This document shows positions 37,983-49,984 of a stretch of 64,000 bases of DNA, in pieces; the stretch's first letter is position 1; the number at the start of each line of letters is the position of its first letter. Under the pieces are notes generated by a model, which did not search any database, was not told the origin of the DNA, and saw only the letters and a list, made by a program, of their open reading frames with translations. The DNA is from an uncultured Fibrobacteria bacterium. GTDB taxonomy: Bacteria; Fibrobacterota; Fibrobacteria; UBA11236. The stretch is taken from NCBI GenBank assembly GCA_963716395.1, contig OY970309.1:864001-928000 (forward strand), written 5' to 3'. The translations under genes and the position numbers were made by a program.

Positions 37983-38858
37983 ATGCGGTTTGAACTCAAC
38001 CCCGAAGGCGTGCGGCGCCTGTTCGCCATCTGGAACGTGCCGCTTCCGCCGGAAGAGACGGTGCTCTTCGCCTTGCGCGGTTGCCTGCCGCTCCTGCCGC
38101 CGCGCGCCTGGTTTGTTTCCCTGCCCCTGCAAACGGCCGCAGTCGATTACGCGCACCTGCGCTGCACCGTCGGCCTGTGGAACCGCCGTGCCGGAAAAAT
38201 TTTCGCGGCGGCGGGTTCCACCGTACCGCATCGCGACGCGGTGCTTCGGGCCGCGGCGCGACGCGGCCGCAGTCAGGGGCGCGGCACCAATCAACTGGAG
38301 CCGGGATATTACCGCGACCTGCAGCCGGGCGAGCATTTGCAAGGCCGCCCTTCCGGCCATGCGGCTCTGCGGCAAACCGGCTACCGTTTCTACCGGCGCA
38401 GCGCCCATGCGCCGCCCTATACGCGCCGCGATCCGCTCTACTTCGGCAACCCCTACGACAATCTCCACAGCGCCGGAAACCTGGACGCCCGGACCACGGG
38501 TTTCCACAGCGCGGGCTGCGTGGTGGTGGCGGGGCTGCCGCATTGTCCGCGCCTGGCCGACTCCGGCCCCAACCGGGGCGCCTGGAAAATCTTCCATGAC
38601 CACGTGTACGCCGCGGGGCAAAAAAACTTTCCCCTGCTGCTGCTGCCGGCCGCCGCTGCCGCTGCGGCCCTGGCGGCGGAAAAGACCCCGCAACGTTTGT
38701 GTTACGGATCGCAGGGGCCGCAGGTGGAAAAACTGCAAGCGCGGCTGCGGGAGCAGGGTTGGTACCGCGGCCGCATCGACGGCGTGCTGGGCGTTTCGAC
38801 CTACCGCGCCTGGAACCGCGCCGGCCTGTCGGGGTTCGGCCGCCTGCTTCCCGGTTGA
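37983..38858 (+). CDS. Peptidoglycan-binding-domain protein with a putative Cys catalytic domain
   Basis: C-terminal LCYGSQGPQVEKLQARL...IDGVLGVST (PG_binding_1); internal NLH...HSAGC. Confidence 0.7.
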   Translation: MRFELNPEGVRRLFAIWNVPLPPEETVLFALRGCLPLLPPRAWFVSLPLQTAAVDYAHLRCTVGLWNRRAGKIFAAAGSTVPHRDAVLRAAARRGRSQGRGTNQLEPGYYRDLQPGEHLQGRPSGHAALRQTGYRFYRRSAHAPPYTRRDPLYFGNPYDNLHSAGNLDARTTGFHSAGCVVVAGLPHCPRLADSGPNRGAWKIFHDHVYAAGQKNFPLLLLPAAAAAAALAAEKTPQRLCYGSQGPQVEKLQARLREQGWYRGRIDGVLGVSTYRAWNRAGLSGFGRLLPG

Positions 38859-38911
38859 CCGCGCGGGCACGGGCCGCAATCCGTCTGCGCTCCCCATTGT
38901 ATCTTTGCTCC

Positions 38912-39799
38912 ATGAGCGCGCCGATCGCCCGCAAACCCGCCTGGCTCAAGGCCCGCATTCCCGGCGGCCAAGACTTCGCCCGCCTGCGCGACATCGTGCA
39001 CGGCCACCGCCTGCACACGGTATGCGAAAGCGCGGGCTGCCCCAATCTGGGCGAATGCTGGGCGCAGGGCACGGCCACCTTGATGATTCTGGGCAACACC
39101 TGCACGCGTGGCTGTCGCTTCTGCGACGTGCCCAAAGGGAAACCCGGAAGTTACGATGGCGAAGAACCCGAGCGCGTAGCCGACTCGGTGCGGCGGATGA
39201 ATTTGCGCTATGTCGTAATCACCTCGGTGGCGCGCGACGACCTGCCCGATCAAGGCGCGGAGATTTGGGCCGAAACCATTCTCCGTGTGCGGGCCGAAAA
39301 TCCCGACACCCGCATCGAAGTGCTGATTCCGGATTTGCAGGGCCGCCTCGATTTGCTCGACCGCGTACTCGACGCGCAGCCCGACGTGCTCAACCACAAT
39401 TTCGAAACCGTCGCGCGCCTGCAGCGCATCGTACGCGGACGCGCGAATTTCCACGACACCAGCGCGGTGTTGCGCCATGCCAAGGCCCGGGGCTTCGCCA
39501 CCAAAACCAGCCTCATGCTCGGAGTGGGCGAAACCCGTGCCGAACTGGAAGACGCCATCCGCCATATCGCCGCTTTGCGGGTCGATATTCTGACTTTGGG
39601 CCAGTACCTGCCGCCGAGTCGGGAGCATTTGCCGGTGGAACGCTATGCGACGCCGGAAGAGTTCGACGCGCTACGCGCCTTCGCCTTAGCGGCGGGCCTC
39701 GCCGTCTGCCAATCCGGCCCGCTGGTGCGCTCGTCGTACCGGGCCGACGAAGCAGCGGAATCGCTTTTTGCCCGGGCTGCCTCCCCGAATCGCGAATGA
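38912..39799 (+). CDS. lipA: Lipoyl synthase
   Basis: RKPAWLK, CESAGCPNLGEC, CTRGCRFC, TLGQYL, GPLVRSSY. Confidence 0.98.
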   Translation: MSAPIARKPAWLKARIPGGQDFARLRDIVHGHRLHTVCESAGCPNLGECWAQGTATLMILGNTCTRGCRFCDVPKGKPGSYDGEEPERVADSVRRMNLRYVVITSVARDDLPDQGAEIWAETILRVRAENPDTRIEVLIPDLQGRLDLLDRVLDAQPDVLNHNFETVARLQRIVRGRANFHDTSAVLRHAKARGFATKTSLMLGVGETRAELEDAIRHIAALRVDILTLGQYLPPSREHLPVERYATPEEFDALRAFALAAGLAVCQSGPLVRSSYRADEAAESLFARAASPNRE

Positions 39800-39836
39800 C
39801 CCTCGCTGACTCGACGCCGCCCGGAGCGCGGTGTGC

Positions 39837-40643
39837 ATGCCGACCCGCACGTATCGCCCCTGTGACGCGCTGAGCCCTTGGGTCTCCGGCTTCGAAATCA
39901 TCAAAGCCGATTTTTCCGTCGACACCTATTCCGTGCTTCCGGATCTCGAACCGGTAATGGGGTTTCAATACCGCGGCCGCATTCGCGCGGTGGGCGCGTC
40001 GGAGGAGGTGCTGCTGGAAACCTCCGGCATAACGGGAATCCAATCCGGCCCACGACGGTACCGGAACCTTCCCGGCACCGCATCGGTGCTCGTGCGCTTT
40101 CATCCCTGGGGCGCGGCTGCGTTTTTGCCCGCGCCCATGGAAGAGTTGGCCGGCGTCAGCGTCGGACTCGAATCGCTGCTGGCTCCCGCGCCCACGCGGG
40201 AATTGTTGGAACAGTTGCAGGCCGCATCGCATGACGCCGATCGTATTCGCGCGGTGGAACTCTTTCTGCTGCCGCGGGTGCGCGCGCGCGCTCCTGACGG
40301 CCTGCTGCGACGCGCCGTACGCTGCGTGCAAGCGCAACCCGAGATCTTCGCGGTGACCGACGCGGCCCGACGCCTGGGTTTGGGCGATCGCCAACTCGAG
40401 CGGAAATTCCGCGAATGGATCGGCGTCGGGCCCAAGCGCTTCGCGCGCCTGGCCCGCTTTCGGGCCGCGCTGCAAAAAATGACGGCCGCCCCGCAACGCG
40501 CGTCTGCGGCGCTCGACGTGGGCTACTACGACCAGGCCCACTTCATCAAAGACTTCCGCGCCTTCGCCGGCGCCACGCCGGCGGCGTTTCTCCGGGATTT
40601 GCGCGCCTCGCGACCCGATCGCTTGCGTCCGCCGACGCCGTGA
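39837..40643 (+). CDS. AraC-family regulator (DUF6597-type N-terminus)
   Basis: VLPD, VRFHPWG, RQLERKFREWIGVGPK, GYYDQAHFIKDFRAFAGATP. Confidence 0.9.
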   Translation: MPTRTYRPCDALSPWVSGFEIIKADFSVDTYSVLPDLEPVMGFQYRGRIRAVGASEEVLLETSGITGIQSGPRRYRNLPGTASVLVRFHPWGAAAFLPAPMEELAGVSVGLESLLAPAPTRELLEQLQAASHDADRIRAVELFLLPRVRARAPDGLLRRAVRCVQAQPEIFAVTDAARRLGLGDRQLERKFREWIGVGPKRFARLARFRAALQKMTAAPQRASAALDVGYYDQAHFIKDFRAFAGATPAAFLRDLRASRPDRLRPPTP

Positions 40644-40725
40644 GCCATTCAAGGTGTCGGGTTTTTACAATGAGTCCGAAATATTTTCGACTATCCTGGA
40701 TGCGGTCACCAACCTGGAGGAAAAA

Positions 40726-41358
40726 ATGGCCGCCGAAAAACGACTGAACGGTTTTAAAGAAGTGCACAAGGGCTTGCGCAACGCGTTGTTCGAACTCGCC
40801 GTGCAGGCCGGGTCTGCCGACGCCGACCAGCCTGGAGAAATGGAAAACTTGGCCCGCAAGGCGCGGGAAGTATTCCACTTTCTCGATCATCATTCCGGCA
40901 ACGAGGACCGCTATCTCGTGCCCGACATGGAGGCCAAGTCCATGCCCGAAGCCGCGCGCGTGCGCGGTGTTCACGGCGCGTTGGAAGCGGAGGCCAAACG
41001 TCTGGTCGAAAGCTCGACCCGGCTCGATTCCACGGAGTCGCTGTACGGTTTCTATCTGGCGTTGAATCGTTTCATCGCGCAGTACCTGGGACATCTCGAC
41101 GAGGAGGAAACGGAAATTCTCCCGGCGTTGCACGCACGCTTCACCGACGCGGAGTTGGCGAATTTCCCGCGGCAGTCGGTGGCCAATACTTCACCCGAGG
41201 ACAAAAAGATGATGTTGGCCCATATGTTCCCGGCCATGAACGCGTCGGAATTGCGGACTTTTTTCGGCGCGATGCGGAACGCGCCTCCCGAAGTGCTGCG
41301 CGCTCTCGAAGGTCTCGCCGAACGCGTGTTGGGCGCACGTGCCGCCTGCCTGCGGTGA
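40726..41358 (+). CDS. Hemerythrin-domain protein
   Basis: HKGLR, HHSGNED, HGALE, YLGHLDEEE; GGAGG RBS. Confidence 0.85.
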   Translation: MAAEKRLNGFKEVHKGLRNALFELAVQAGSADADQPGEMENLARKAREVFHFLDHHSGNEDRYLVPDMEAKSMPEAARVRGVHGALEAEAKRLVESSTRLDSTESLYGFYLALNRFIAQYLGHLDEEETEILPALHARFTDAELANFPRQSVANTSPEDKKMMLAHMFPAMNASELRTFFGAMRNAPPEVLRALEGLAERVLGARAACLR

Positions 41359-41373
41359 TCGAAAGAGCTTCGC

Positions 41374-42084
41374 TCAGTCGGCTTCGCCGGCGGCCCAGCA
41401 CTTTTCCAGATAGGCCTTGACCTCGAGCCAGGCGGGCTTTCCGTCCTTCCAACCCTGCGCATCCAGGGCTGGAAAAAACCGCACCCGCACCGGAATGGGC
41501 ACCCGCGCACGCGCCGGGCGGGCCTCGAAGGCATTGCGCGAATTGGCCACATGCACCGGAATGATTTGCGCCCGGGCCAGCACGGCCATGCGCAAACCGC
41601 CCAGCTTGACGGGCAGGAGCGCGCCGCTTTTGCTGCGCGTGCCTTCGGGAAAAACCACCAAGGCGTTCGGCCCCAAATGCGCCGACGTCTCTTCGAGCAC
41701 TTTGCGGGCGTTGGACTGCCGCCCGCGGTCGATGAACACGCAGCCTACCTGCCGCATCCAATACGCGAGCAGGGGAATGCGCCCCAATTCTTGTTTGGCC
41801 ACGAACCCAATCGTTTCACCCGTGGCCGCCACCAAAGCGGGAATGTCGATTTGGCTTTGATGGTTGCTGAGCAAGACGCGGGGGCGCGACGAAGACGCCG
41901 GAAAATTTTCGCGTCCCTCCACCTGCAGGGCGACGTCGAAAACGCGCAGGGCATAATGCGCCCACGCCACATACGCCTGGGACAAAAATTGGCGGCGCCG
42001 GCCCTTTCCGGCAAGACCGCAGGCGGCATACCAAAAGAGGTGGCGGAACATATACGCCGCGACCCGAAAAATGCGCCCGATCAT
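41374..42084 (-). CDS. 1-acyl-sn-glycerol-3-phosphate acyltransferase (PlsC-like)
   Basis: NHQSQID, FVAKQEL, FIDR, FPEGTRS. Confidence 0.9.
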   Translation of the reverse strand: MIGRIFRVAAYMFRHLFWYAACGLAGKGRRRQFLSQAYVAWAHYALRVFDVALQVEGRENFPASSSRPRVLLSNHQSQIDIPALVAATGETIGFVAKQELGRIPLLAYWMRQVGCVFIDRGRQSNARKVLEETSAHLGPNALVVFPEGTRSKSGALLPVKLGGLRMAVLARAQIIPVHVANSRNAFEARPARARVPIPVRVRFFPALDAQGWKDGKPAWLEVKAYLEKCWAAGEAD

Positions 42085-42269
42085 GCCCGCCGGCTTCGCT
42101 CCCGTTTTATGGAGAAAAGCCAAATGTACCTTCCCCGACAGACACGCGTCCGGCGTTGCGCGACGAATAGCGAGAGACGTATACTTATTCCGGTGTTTGA
42201 ATTTCAGCCGGGTCTCAAACCGAAATAGGAACCGCGCAGCCCTCGTGGCCGCGTTCAAGCCTGCCGCCA

Positions 42270-43181
42270 ATGTTCAACATTCTCGTCGTCGATGATGAAA
42301 TCGCCATTCGCGGAATGATCGCCGAAGCCCTGACGCTGTTCGGGTGGCAGGTTGCCTTGGCCGGCGACGGCGTCGACGCGTTGGAAAAATTGGCGGCCGC
42401 GCCTTTCGATATGGTGCTGTCGGACATCAACATGCCCCGCATGGGGGGCTTCGAGCTCTTGCAGCGCCTGGAGCAGGAGTATCCCAAGGTCAAACGAGTG
42501 CTGATGACCTCGTACCATCTCGACGATTACATGCGCATGGCGCGCGATCACAACGTCGGCAATGTCATCACCAAATCGGTACCGCTCGATTTCAAGGAAT
42601 TGCGCGATATTCTTTCCGCGCTGTTACACAACGCCATATTCGGCATCGATCGCTATATGCTCGAACCGCATTCGCGCCGGGAATTCATTCTGCAATCGCC
42701 CGGTCAAATCGACGAAATCGCCGACGTCATCGTCTCGGACCAAACCGCCCCTCTAGGCACCCAGAAATTCCGCGTGGTGCTCTTCGAACTCATGACCAAC
42801 GCCCTTTTTTACGGCGCACGCAGCGAGCAAGGCGACAACAAACAGGAATGGGTGCGCGATTTTCGCGTGCCCGAAGAAGAGGCCGTGATCGTCACCGCCT
42901 GCTTCGACCGGGAAAAAGCCGGCGTGGCGGTGCTGGATCGCGGCGGTAAGCTCGACAAGAATACCGTTTTGTATTGGCTCGATCGGCAGACCACCCATGA
43001 CGAGCGAGGTCTGCCCTACGGCGTCTTCGATTACCATGGCCGCGGATTTTTCATCACGCGCCGCTATGTGGACCGGTTTCTGATCAACATCGAAAAGGGC
43101 AAGCGTTGCGAGTGCTGCGTCTTCAATTACTTCGAAAGCAAATTGAACTCCAACAAACCGTTGCTTATCAACGAAATCTGA
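42270..43181 (+). CDS. Response regulator with a C-terminal HATPase/RsbW-like domain
   Basis: REC (ILVVDDE, SDINMP); ELMTNALFYG, DRGG, GRGFFI. Confidence 0.8.
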   Translation: MFNILVVDDEIAIRGMIAEALTLFGWQVALAGDGVDALEKLAAAPFDMVLSDINMPRMGGFELLQRLEQEYPKVKRVLMTSYHLDDYMRMARDHNVGNVITKSVPLDFKELRDILSALLHNAIFGIDRYMLEPHSRREFILQSPGQIDEIADVIVSDQTAPLGTQKFRVVLFELMTNALFYGARSEQGDNKQEWVRDFRVPEEEAVIVTACFDREKAGVAVLDRGGKLDKNTVLYWLDRQTTHDERGLPYGVFDYHGRGFFITRRYVDRFLINIEKGKRCECCVFNYFESKLNSNKPLLINEI

Positions 43182-43199
43182 AACGCGCCCGGCCACAAA

Positions 43200-43225
43200 A
43201 AAAGGCTCCGCCCTCGGAGCCTTTT
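43200..43225. terminator. Bidirectional intrinsic terminator
   Basis: AAAAGGCTCCG-CCCT-CGGAGCCTTTT between convergent genes. Confidence 0.8.
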
Positions 43226-43246
43226 CCCGCAAAATTTTAATCTTGA

Positions 43247-43444
43247 TTAATGTAACGATTCCACTCGCTCTTTCATGGCCTTGCGAATGGCGGAGTTCAG
43301 TCTCCGCTTCCGTTCTTCCGAGGGTTTTTCATATCGCTGGTTTTTTTTGGCATCGGAAAGGATTCCCGATTTTTCACAGGTTTTGGTAAACCGCCGCAAT
43401 GCTTTTTCAAACGATTCTCCGGGACGCACGATTACTCCAGTCAT
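43247..43444 (-). CDS. rpsU: 30S ribosomal protein S21
   Basis: MTGVIVRPGESFEKALRRF...YEKPSEERKRR. Confidence 0.95.
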   Translation of the reverse strand: MTGVIVRPGESFEKALRRFTKTCEKSGILSDAKKNQRYEKPSEERKRRLNSAIRKAMKERVESLH

Positions 43445-43768
43445 TTCTCTTTTCACCTCTTTTCTTAGCTGCTCTTTGCCGTCTTTTGGCCGACAAAAGT
43501 TATCACCACGCCCATGCCTATGTCAATAAAAATGAACCAGTTACAAGTCAGTGGACAGCACTAAAAACGCAGGAAACGGTGATTTCAGGCTTGACTTTCC
43601 AGCCCAAACCAAAAATTAAAGTCTGGGGTGTCCGAATTTAAAAAATTTCGGGGCCCTGTACGAATTTATTCGGTTTCACCCTGCAAGTTTGCCTATAATG
43701 TTGTGAATTTTATGGTTTGGAACAAATCTTTCTTTTTGATGCGGTGAATCCTTAACAAGGGGCCAGAA

Positions 43769-44614
43769 GTGAAGCGTTTGACGGCATGGACGGTAGTGAT
43801 AGCCGGGGCATGGCTGGCAACTGCATGTAAAAAAGAAAAGAGCCAGGGAGTCATCGAGCCGGCTCCCGGCTCGACCATGGCTGCTCCGGCCGACAGTGCC
43901 ACAAATTTGCCCAGAGAGCCCAACCTGGAGCAGGTTCAGCAGGCTTCACCGCCACCGGCAGCCACCGTCTCCGCCCCCGTTGGCGAATTTACGAAAACCG
44001 GACATTATGTCGTACAGGTTTCCGTTTACAAGCGTAAGCGGCAAGCCCATCGCCTGGCCGCGAAGTTGCAAGACGCCGGATATCCCAGTTATGTCGCCGA
44101 TGTGGAAAATCCCACCCCCGATCTCTCGGGGACCTATTATCGGGTCCGGATCGGCAATTTCGCCTCGCTCCGCGCCGCCTATGACTTCGGCAAGAATACC
44201 CTGCAACCGGCGGGCTATGCCTTTTGGGTCGATAAGAAAAAGAACGATCACCGCACTCTAAACAGCGGCGAAACTCCGGCCGCCGAAGCCCCGGTGGCGA
44301 CCCCGGCCGTTTCGGCACCGCCTTCAGCGGAACCCGAAACAGCGCCGGTAGAATCTCCTTCCTCCTCCACGCCTGCTTCCGCACCGGTGGCCGCTCCGGA
44401 ATCCGCCACCGCACCGGCGACGGCGACGGCGACCGCGCCCGCGTCGGAACCCGTCGGCGTACCCGAACCGCCGGCGCCCAGCGAGCCGGCCACTCCGCAG
44501 GAAAACAATTCCTGGGGCAACCCTGTAACCGATTCCACTCCCGCGCCGGGCGCGACGAATTCCGCCGTGCCCGCCACGCCCAAAGATACCGGCGGGGCTG
44601 TCGAAGGCTGGTAA
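43769..44614 (+). CDS. SPOR-domain lipoprotein with a Pro/Ala-rich tail
   Basis: Lipobox LATAC; YVVQVSVY...LQDAGY...YYRVRIGNF. Confidence 0.85.
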   Translation: MKRLTAWTVVIAGAWLATACKKEKSQGVIEPAPGSTMAAPADSATNLPREPNLEQVQQASPPPAATVSAPVGEFTKTGHYVVQVSVYKRKRQAHRLAAKLQDAGYPSYVADVENPTPDLSGTYYRVRIGNFASLRAAYDFGKNTLQPAGYAFWVDKKKNDHRTLNSGETPAAEAPVATPAVSAPPSAEPETAPVESPSSSTPASAPVAAPESATAPATATATAPASEPVGVPEPPAPSEPATPQENNSWGNPVTDSTPAPGATNSAVPATPKDTGGAVEGW

Positions 44615-44619
44615 CCTCG

Positions 44620-45942
44620 GTGATATCCGCCGCCGGCCGAAAAGTTCGCATCGTCAATCTCGGCTGTTCCAAAAATCAGGTCGACAGCGAAAATATTCTG
44701 GGCGAATTCGGTCGGGCCGGCTTCACGTTGGCGCACGGGGGAGAGGCTCCCCAGGTCACGGTCATCAACACCTGCGGCTTCATCGAAGCGGCCAAAGAAG
44801 AATCGCTTCAGGAAATTTTCTCGGTGCTGGGCGGCAAGACTCCGGGAGAAAAAGTGGTGGTGGCCGGATGTTTGTCGCAGCGCTACCGCGACGAATTGCA
44901 ACGCGAAATTCCCGAAGCCGATTTGTGGGTGGGCACCTACCGGCCCGGAGAAATCCTGGCGCGCCTGGGATTGAATTCCGCGGCCCCTTCGGATTGCGAC
45001 TTCGGCGCCGCGCCCCGCACCTTGATGGGCGATACGGCGCATCACGCCTATCTGAAAATCGCCGAAGGCTGCAACCGCGTCTGCGGTTTCTGCGCCATCC
45101 CCGGCATGCGGGGTAAGCAGCGCAGCCGGTCCATCGACGAGCTGGTGGCCGAGGCCCGGCAATTGGAGGCGTGGGGCGTCAAAGAAATTTCGCTGATCGC
45201 GCAAGACCTGACTTTTTTCGGACGCGAGAACGGACGCGGAGAGAATCTCGAAATGCTGCTGCGGCGGCTGGTGCGCGAAACCGGCATCGCCTGGTTTCGC
45301 CTGATGTACGCCTATCCCGCCTTTCTCACTCCCGGCCTGCTCGACGTCATGGCCTCGGAACCGCGCGTGTGCAAATATGTCGATCTGCCGGTGCAGCATG
45401 CCAGCGACCGCATGCTCAAGGCCATGCGGCGCAACACCACGCGGCAAAGTCTGCGCGAACAAATCGCGCGGCTGCGCGCGGCCATGCCGGACATCGCCTT
45501 GCGCACCACGGTGCTGCTGGGATATCCGGGCGAAGAAGAAGATGACGTGCGCGATTTGCTCGACTTCGTGGAAGAAACCCGCTTTCGCCATCTCGGCGGT
45601 TTCACCTACTCCGACGAGGAAGGCACGCATGCTTTCGATCTCGCCCCCAAGGTTCCGCTGGAAAAAATGCAGGAGCGGTTGGAACGGGTGATGGAAGTGC
45701 AGCGCGCCATCGCCTGCGAAGACAATGCGGCACGCGTCGGTTCGGAACTGGACGTACTGATCGACGAAGCCGACCCCGAAGCGCCGGGCGGTTTCGTGGG
45801 CCGGAGCCAGGGCGACGCACCCGAAGTCGACGGCCGCGTTTTGCTTCGCGGCGAGGGCGACGCCCGCATCGGAAGCTTTCGCCGCGCCCGGGTTACCGGC
45901 GCACGCGAGTACGATCTCGAAGCGGTGCTGCTGCCGGAATGA
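44620..45942 (+). CDS. rimO: Ribosomal protein S12 methylthiotransferase
   Basis: LGCSKNQVDSE, NTCGFI, AYLKIAEGCNRVCGFCAIP, IAQD, RLMYAYP, DAPEVDG. Confidence 0.96.
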   Translation: MISAAGRKVRIVNLGCSKNQVDSENILGEFGRAGFTLAHGGEAPQVTVINTCGFIEAAKEESLQEIFSVLGGKTPGEKVVVAGCLSQRYRDELQREIPEADLWVGTYRPGEILARLGLNSAAPSDCDFGAAPRTLMGDTAHHAYLKIAEGCNRVCGFCAIPGMRGKQRSRSIDELVAEARQLEAWGVKEISLIAQDLTFFGRENGRGENLEMLLRRLVRETGIAWFRLMYAYPAFLTPGLLDVMASEPRVCKYVDLPVQHASDRMLKAMRRNTTRQSLREQIARLRAAMPDIALRTTVLLGYPGEEEDDVRDLLDFVEETRFRHLGGFTYSDEEGTHAFDLAPKVPLEKMQERLERVMEVQRAIACEDNAARVGSELDVLIDEADPEAPGGFVGRSQGDAPEVDGRVLLRGEGDARIGSFRRARVTGAREYDLEAVLLPE

Positions 45943-45964
45943 TTATAATCCCCTTTTGCTTTCC

Positions 45965-47812
<1,848 letters not shown>

Positions 47813-47992
47813 AGCGATTGAATCTAACACCGATACAATAAGGTTACGAGAGAGATCAATCGCTAACCTCCCTCACAAGGTGATATAAACGGATACTACT
47901 CTTTTTAAACTTTCAAAAAGCGGGAATCCTGTTTGAGATCCGCATCGCTAACCTGCCCAGGGTCTCGATGGAACTGGGGGTTAGCGACTCAA
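47813..47992 (-). promoter_or_regulatory. CRISPR leader
   Basis: AT-richer non-coding gap between cas2 and the first repeat; ATCGCTAACCT at 47859 and 47944, inverted GGTTAGCGA at 47979. Confidence 0.8.
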
Positions 47993-48283
47993 TTAAACCA
48001 TAATCAATTCCCCTAGATCGGGCGGTTTTTTGGCTCCATGATGCTCCACTTTTCGTTCCCAATTTGATCCAAGAAAGTAGAAGCGAAGGCTATCCTGATC
48101 CTGGTTTAAAATCCCCAAAAGCCTGGTTTTCAACACTTCCCAACGAGCCGGATCGAGATTGCATTCAAATACCGAATTTTGAACTCGAAGTCCGAAATCT
48201 TCACACGCTTCCGCGATTTTCCGAAGACGTTTCCGCCCTGCGGCCGTAATGGTGGAAACGTCATAGCTGACTAGCACCAGCAT
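47993..48283 (-). CDS. cas2: CRISPR-associated Cas2
   Basis: [30 protein letters not shown]. Confidence 0.97.
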   Translation of the reverse strand: MLVLVSYDVSTITAAGRKRLRKIAEACEDFGLRVQNSVFECNLDPARWEVLKTRLLGILNQDQDSLRFYFLGSNWERKVEHHGAKKPPDLGELIMV

Positions 48284-48284
48284 T

Positions 48285-49319
48285 TTATCTCCAAAGAAAG
48301 GCTGGATAGAATTCGAGATCTCCGCGAATGTGCCTAGCTAATAGCCGGGCTTGGGTCAGGAAACAGAGCCCAACATCCAAATCCTCGTCCAGGAAAGGAT
48401 GTTTGATGGTCTCGCGTTTTCTTTTTTGAATGTCGGCAAGAACCGTCTTGCGTGTTTCCACAGTCATTTCAACCTCGGTTGAAGGTTGCACGATGAACCC
48501 CTCGCGGTTGACTTGCTTGAGATTCACCAAACTCAACACCAATCGGTCTGCGAAAGGCGCCCGGAATTCTTCCATCAAGTCCAAAGCCAGCGATGGCCTC
48601 CCCGGCCGCTCCACATGAAGGTATCCGACATAGGGGTCAAGCCCCACCGATTCCAAAGCGGAGCGCATATCCAGGGCAAGAATGGAATACGCAAAGGAAA
48701 GCAAGGCGTTCACACGATCCGTCGGCGGCCTGCGACTTCGGCCGTTGAAGCGGAATTCAGATTCCGGCGGCAATAGCATCGCGTCGAATACCGAGAAGTA
48801 GGCTTCGGCGGCATCGCCTTCTATGCCGCGCAGCGACTCGACGGAATCGGTTTTCTTGGCCCCGGTAAGGCAATTCTCCATGCGGTTTAACATGACTTCG
48901 ATTTCCGCCGATCGGGTAGATTCCGGATGGTTGCGGAGAAAACGCAGCAAGGTGGCCCTTTGGTTCTGAATCTTGGCCGCCACGCAACAGCGGGCTATCG
49001 ACAACGAGCGCGCCGGATCGTCCGCGAGGCGATATTGTTCCCGTCGCAGTAAGACATTGCCATGTACCGGCCCCGTCAGTCGCGCCAGGAATTTTCCATT
49101 GCCATGCAAATAGCTGACGGTCACGCCTTCACGAGCGCAATGCTCGGACAGTTCCGGTGACACGCCGATGCCGAAACCGAAACAGACGATTTCACCGATC
49201 GCGTGAAGCGGGAATTGCGCAACTTTTTCCCTATCCTTGCGTACCGTAACCGCCTCGCCATCCTTGTGGAGATAAGCCCCTTCCAAGGTCATGTACAGCG
49301 TATTGCGAACATGCTTCAT
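48285..49319 (-). CDS. cas1: Type I-C Cas1
   Basis: [46 protein letters not shown]. Confidence 0.97.
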   Translation of the reverse strand: MKHVRNTLYMTLEGAYLHKDGEAVTVRKDREKVAQFPLHAIGEIVCFGFGIGVSPELSEHCAREGVTVSYLHGNGKFLARLTGPVHGNVLLRREQYRLADDPARSLSIARCCVAAKIQNQRATLLRFLRNHPESTRSAEIEVMLNRMENCLTGAKKTDSVESLRGIEGDAAEAYFSVFDAMLLPPESEFRFNGRSRRPPTDRVNALLSFAYSILALDMRSALESVGLDPYVGYLHVERPGRPSLALDLMEEFRAPFADRLVLSLVNLKQVNREGFIVQPSTEVEMTVETRKTVLADIQKRKRETIKHPFLDEDLDVGLCFLTQARLLARHIRGDLEFYPAFLWR

Positions 49320-49984
49320 CCTAGTAGCTCCTGGCGGTAAGCCTGAACCTTTGCGGGCGCCGCGCTTTTCGGCTGGCAAATTCCTATCAACGAACAGGAG
49401 CGGCAGCCTTTTTTCCAGATAGCGGGCGGCAACTGTCGCAAACACATCATGTGATCGAAGGCGGTGATGGTTTCCCGGGTGCGGATGCGTAAGGCCTCAT
49501 CAAAAACCACTTCGTCTCTTCGGCGGATTCTTCCATAGAAAATCGATCCTTCCGGAATCTCAGCCCCGGTCATCTCCTCCAGGCACAGGGCTTGGGCGCA
49601 AAGTTGAATCCGATCGCAATCCAATTCCTTGGGTTCGCCGCGCTTGAATTCCACCGGACGAATTTTCCAATTTCCGCTTAACCCAAGGAATGATGCCGTA
49701 TCCGGCGTATCGCCTATCTTTTCAACCTCCACCACGTCCAAACGTCCGTACAAACACAATTTCAAAGACTGAACACGCACCCCGGAAAACTGGCGCAACC
49801 CCCGGCGGAATTCCCGATAGCCTTCATCCACCCGTTCATGCAAGGTCCGGCCTTCGGCAGTGCGCTGGTTTTCCTCCCAGACTTGCTCAAGGTGAATCAA
49901 CCCGGCCTGCCGCGGGCAGAAGGCCATGTGCTGCAAAGCCGAGATCGGATGCAGATCTTCTTCACGGTGGGCCGTGGTGGTCAC
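49316..49984 (-). CDS. cas4: CRISPR-associated Cas4
   Basis: ISALQHMAFCPRQ, PVEFKRG, QLCAQALCLEEM, C-terminal CRSCSLIGIC. Confidence 0.96.
   Translation of the reverse strand: MTTTAHREEDLHPISALQHMAFCPRQAGLIHLEQVWEENQRTAEGRTLHERVDEGYREFRRGLRQFSGVRVQSLKLCLYGRLDVVEVEKIGDTPDTASFLGLSGNWKIRPVEFKRGEPKELDCDRIQLCAQALCLEEMTGAEIPEGSIFYGRIRRRDEVVFDEALRIRTRETITAFDHMMCLRQLPPAIWKKGCRSCSLIGICQPKSAAPAKVQAYRQELLG

Noticed and set aside
37789-39873. 694-aa Arg/Cys-rich ORF
   Set aside because: Alternate frame over the PG-binding gene and lipA.
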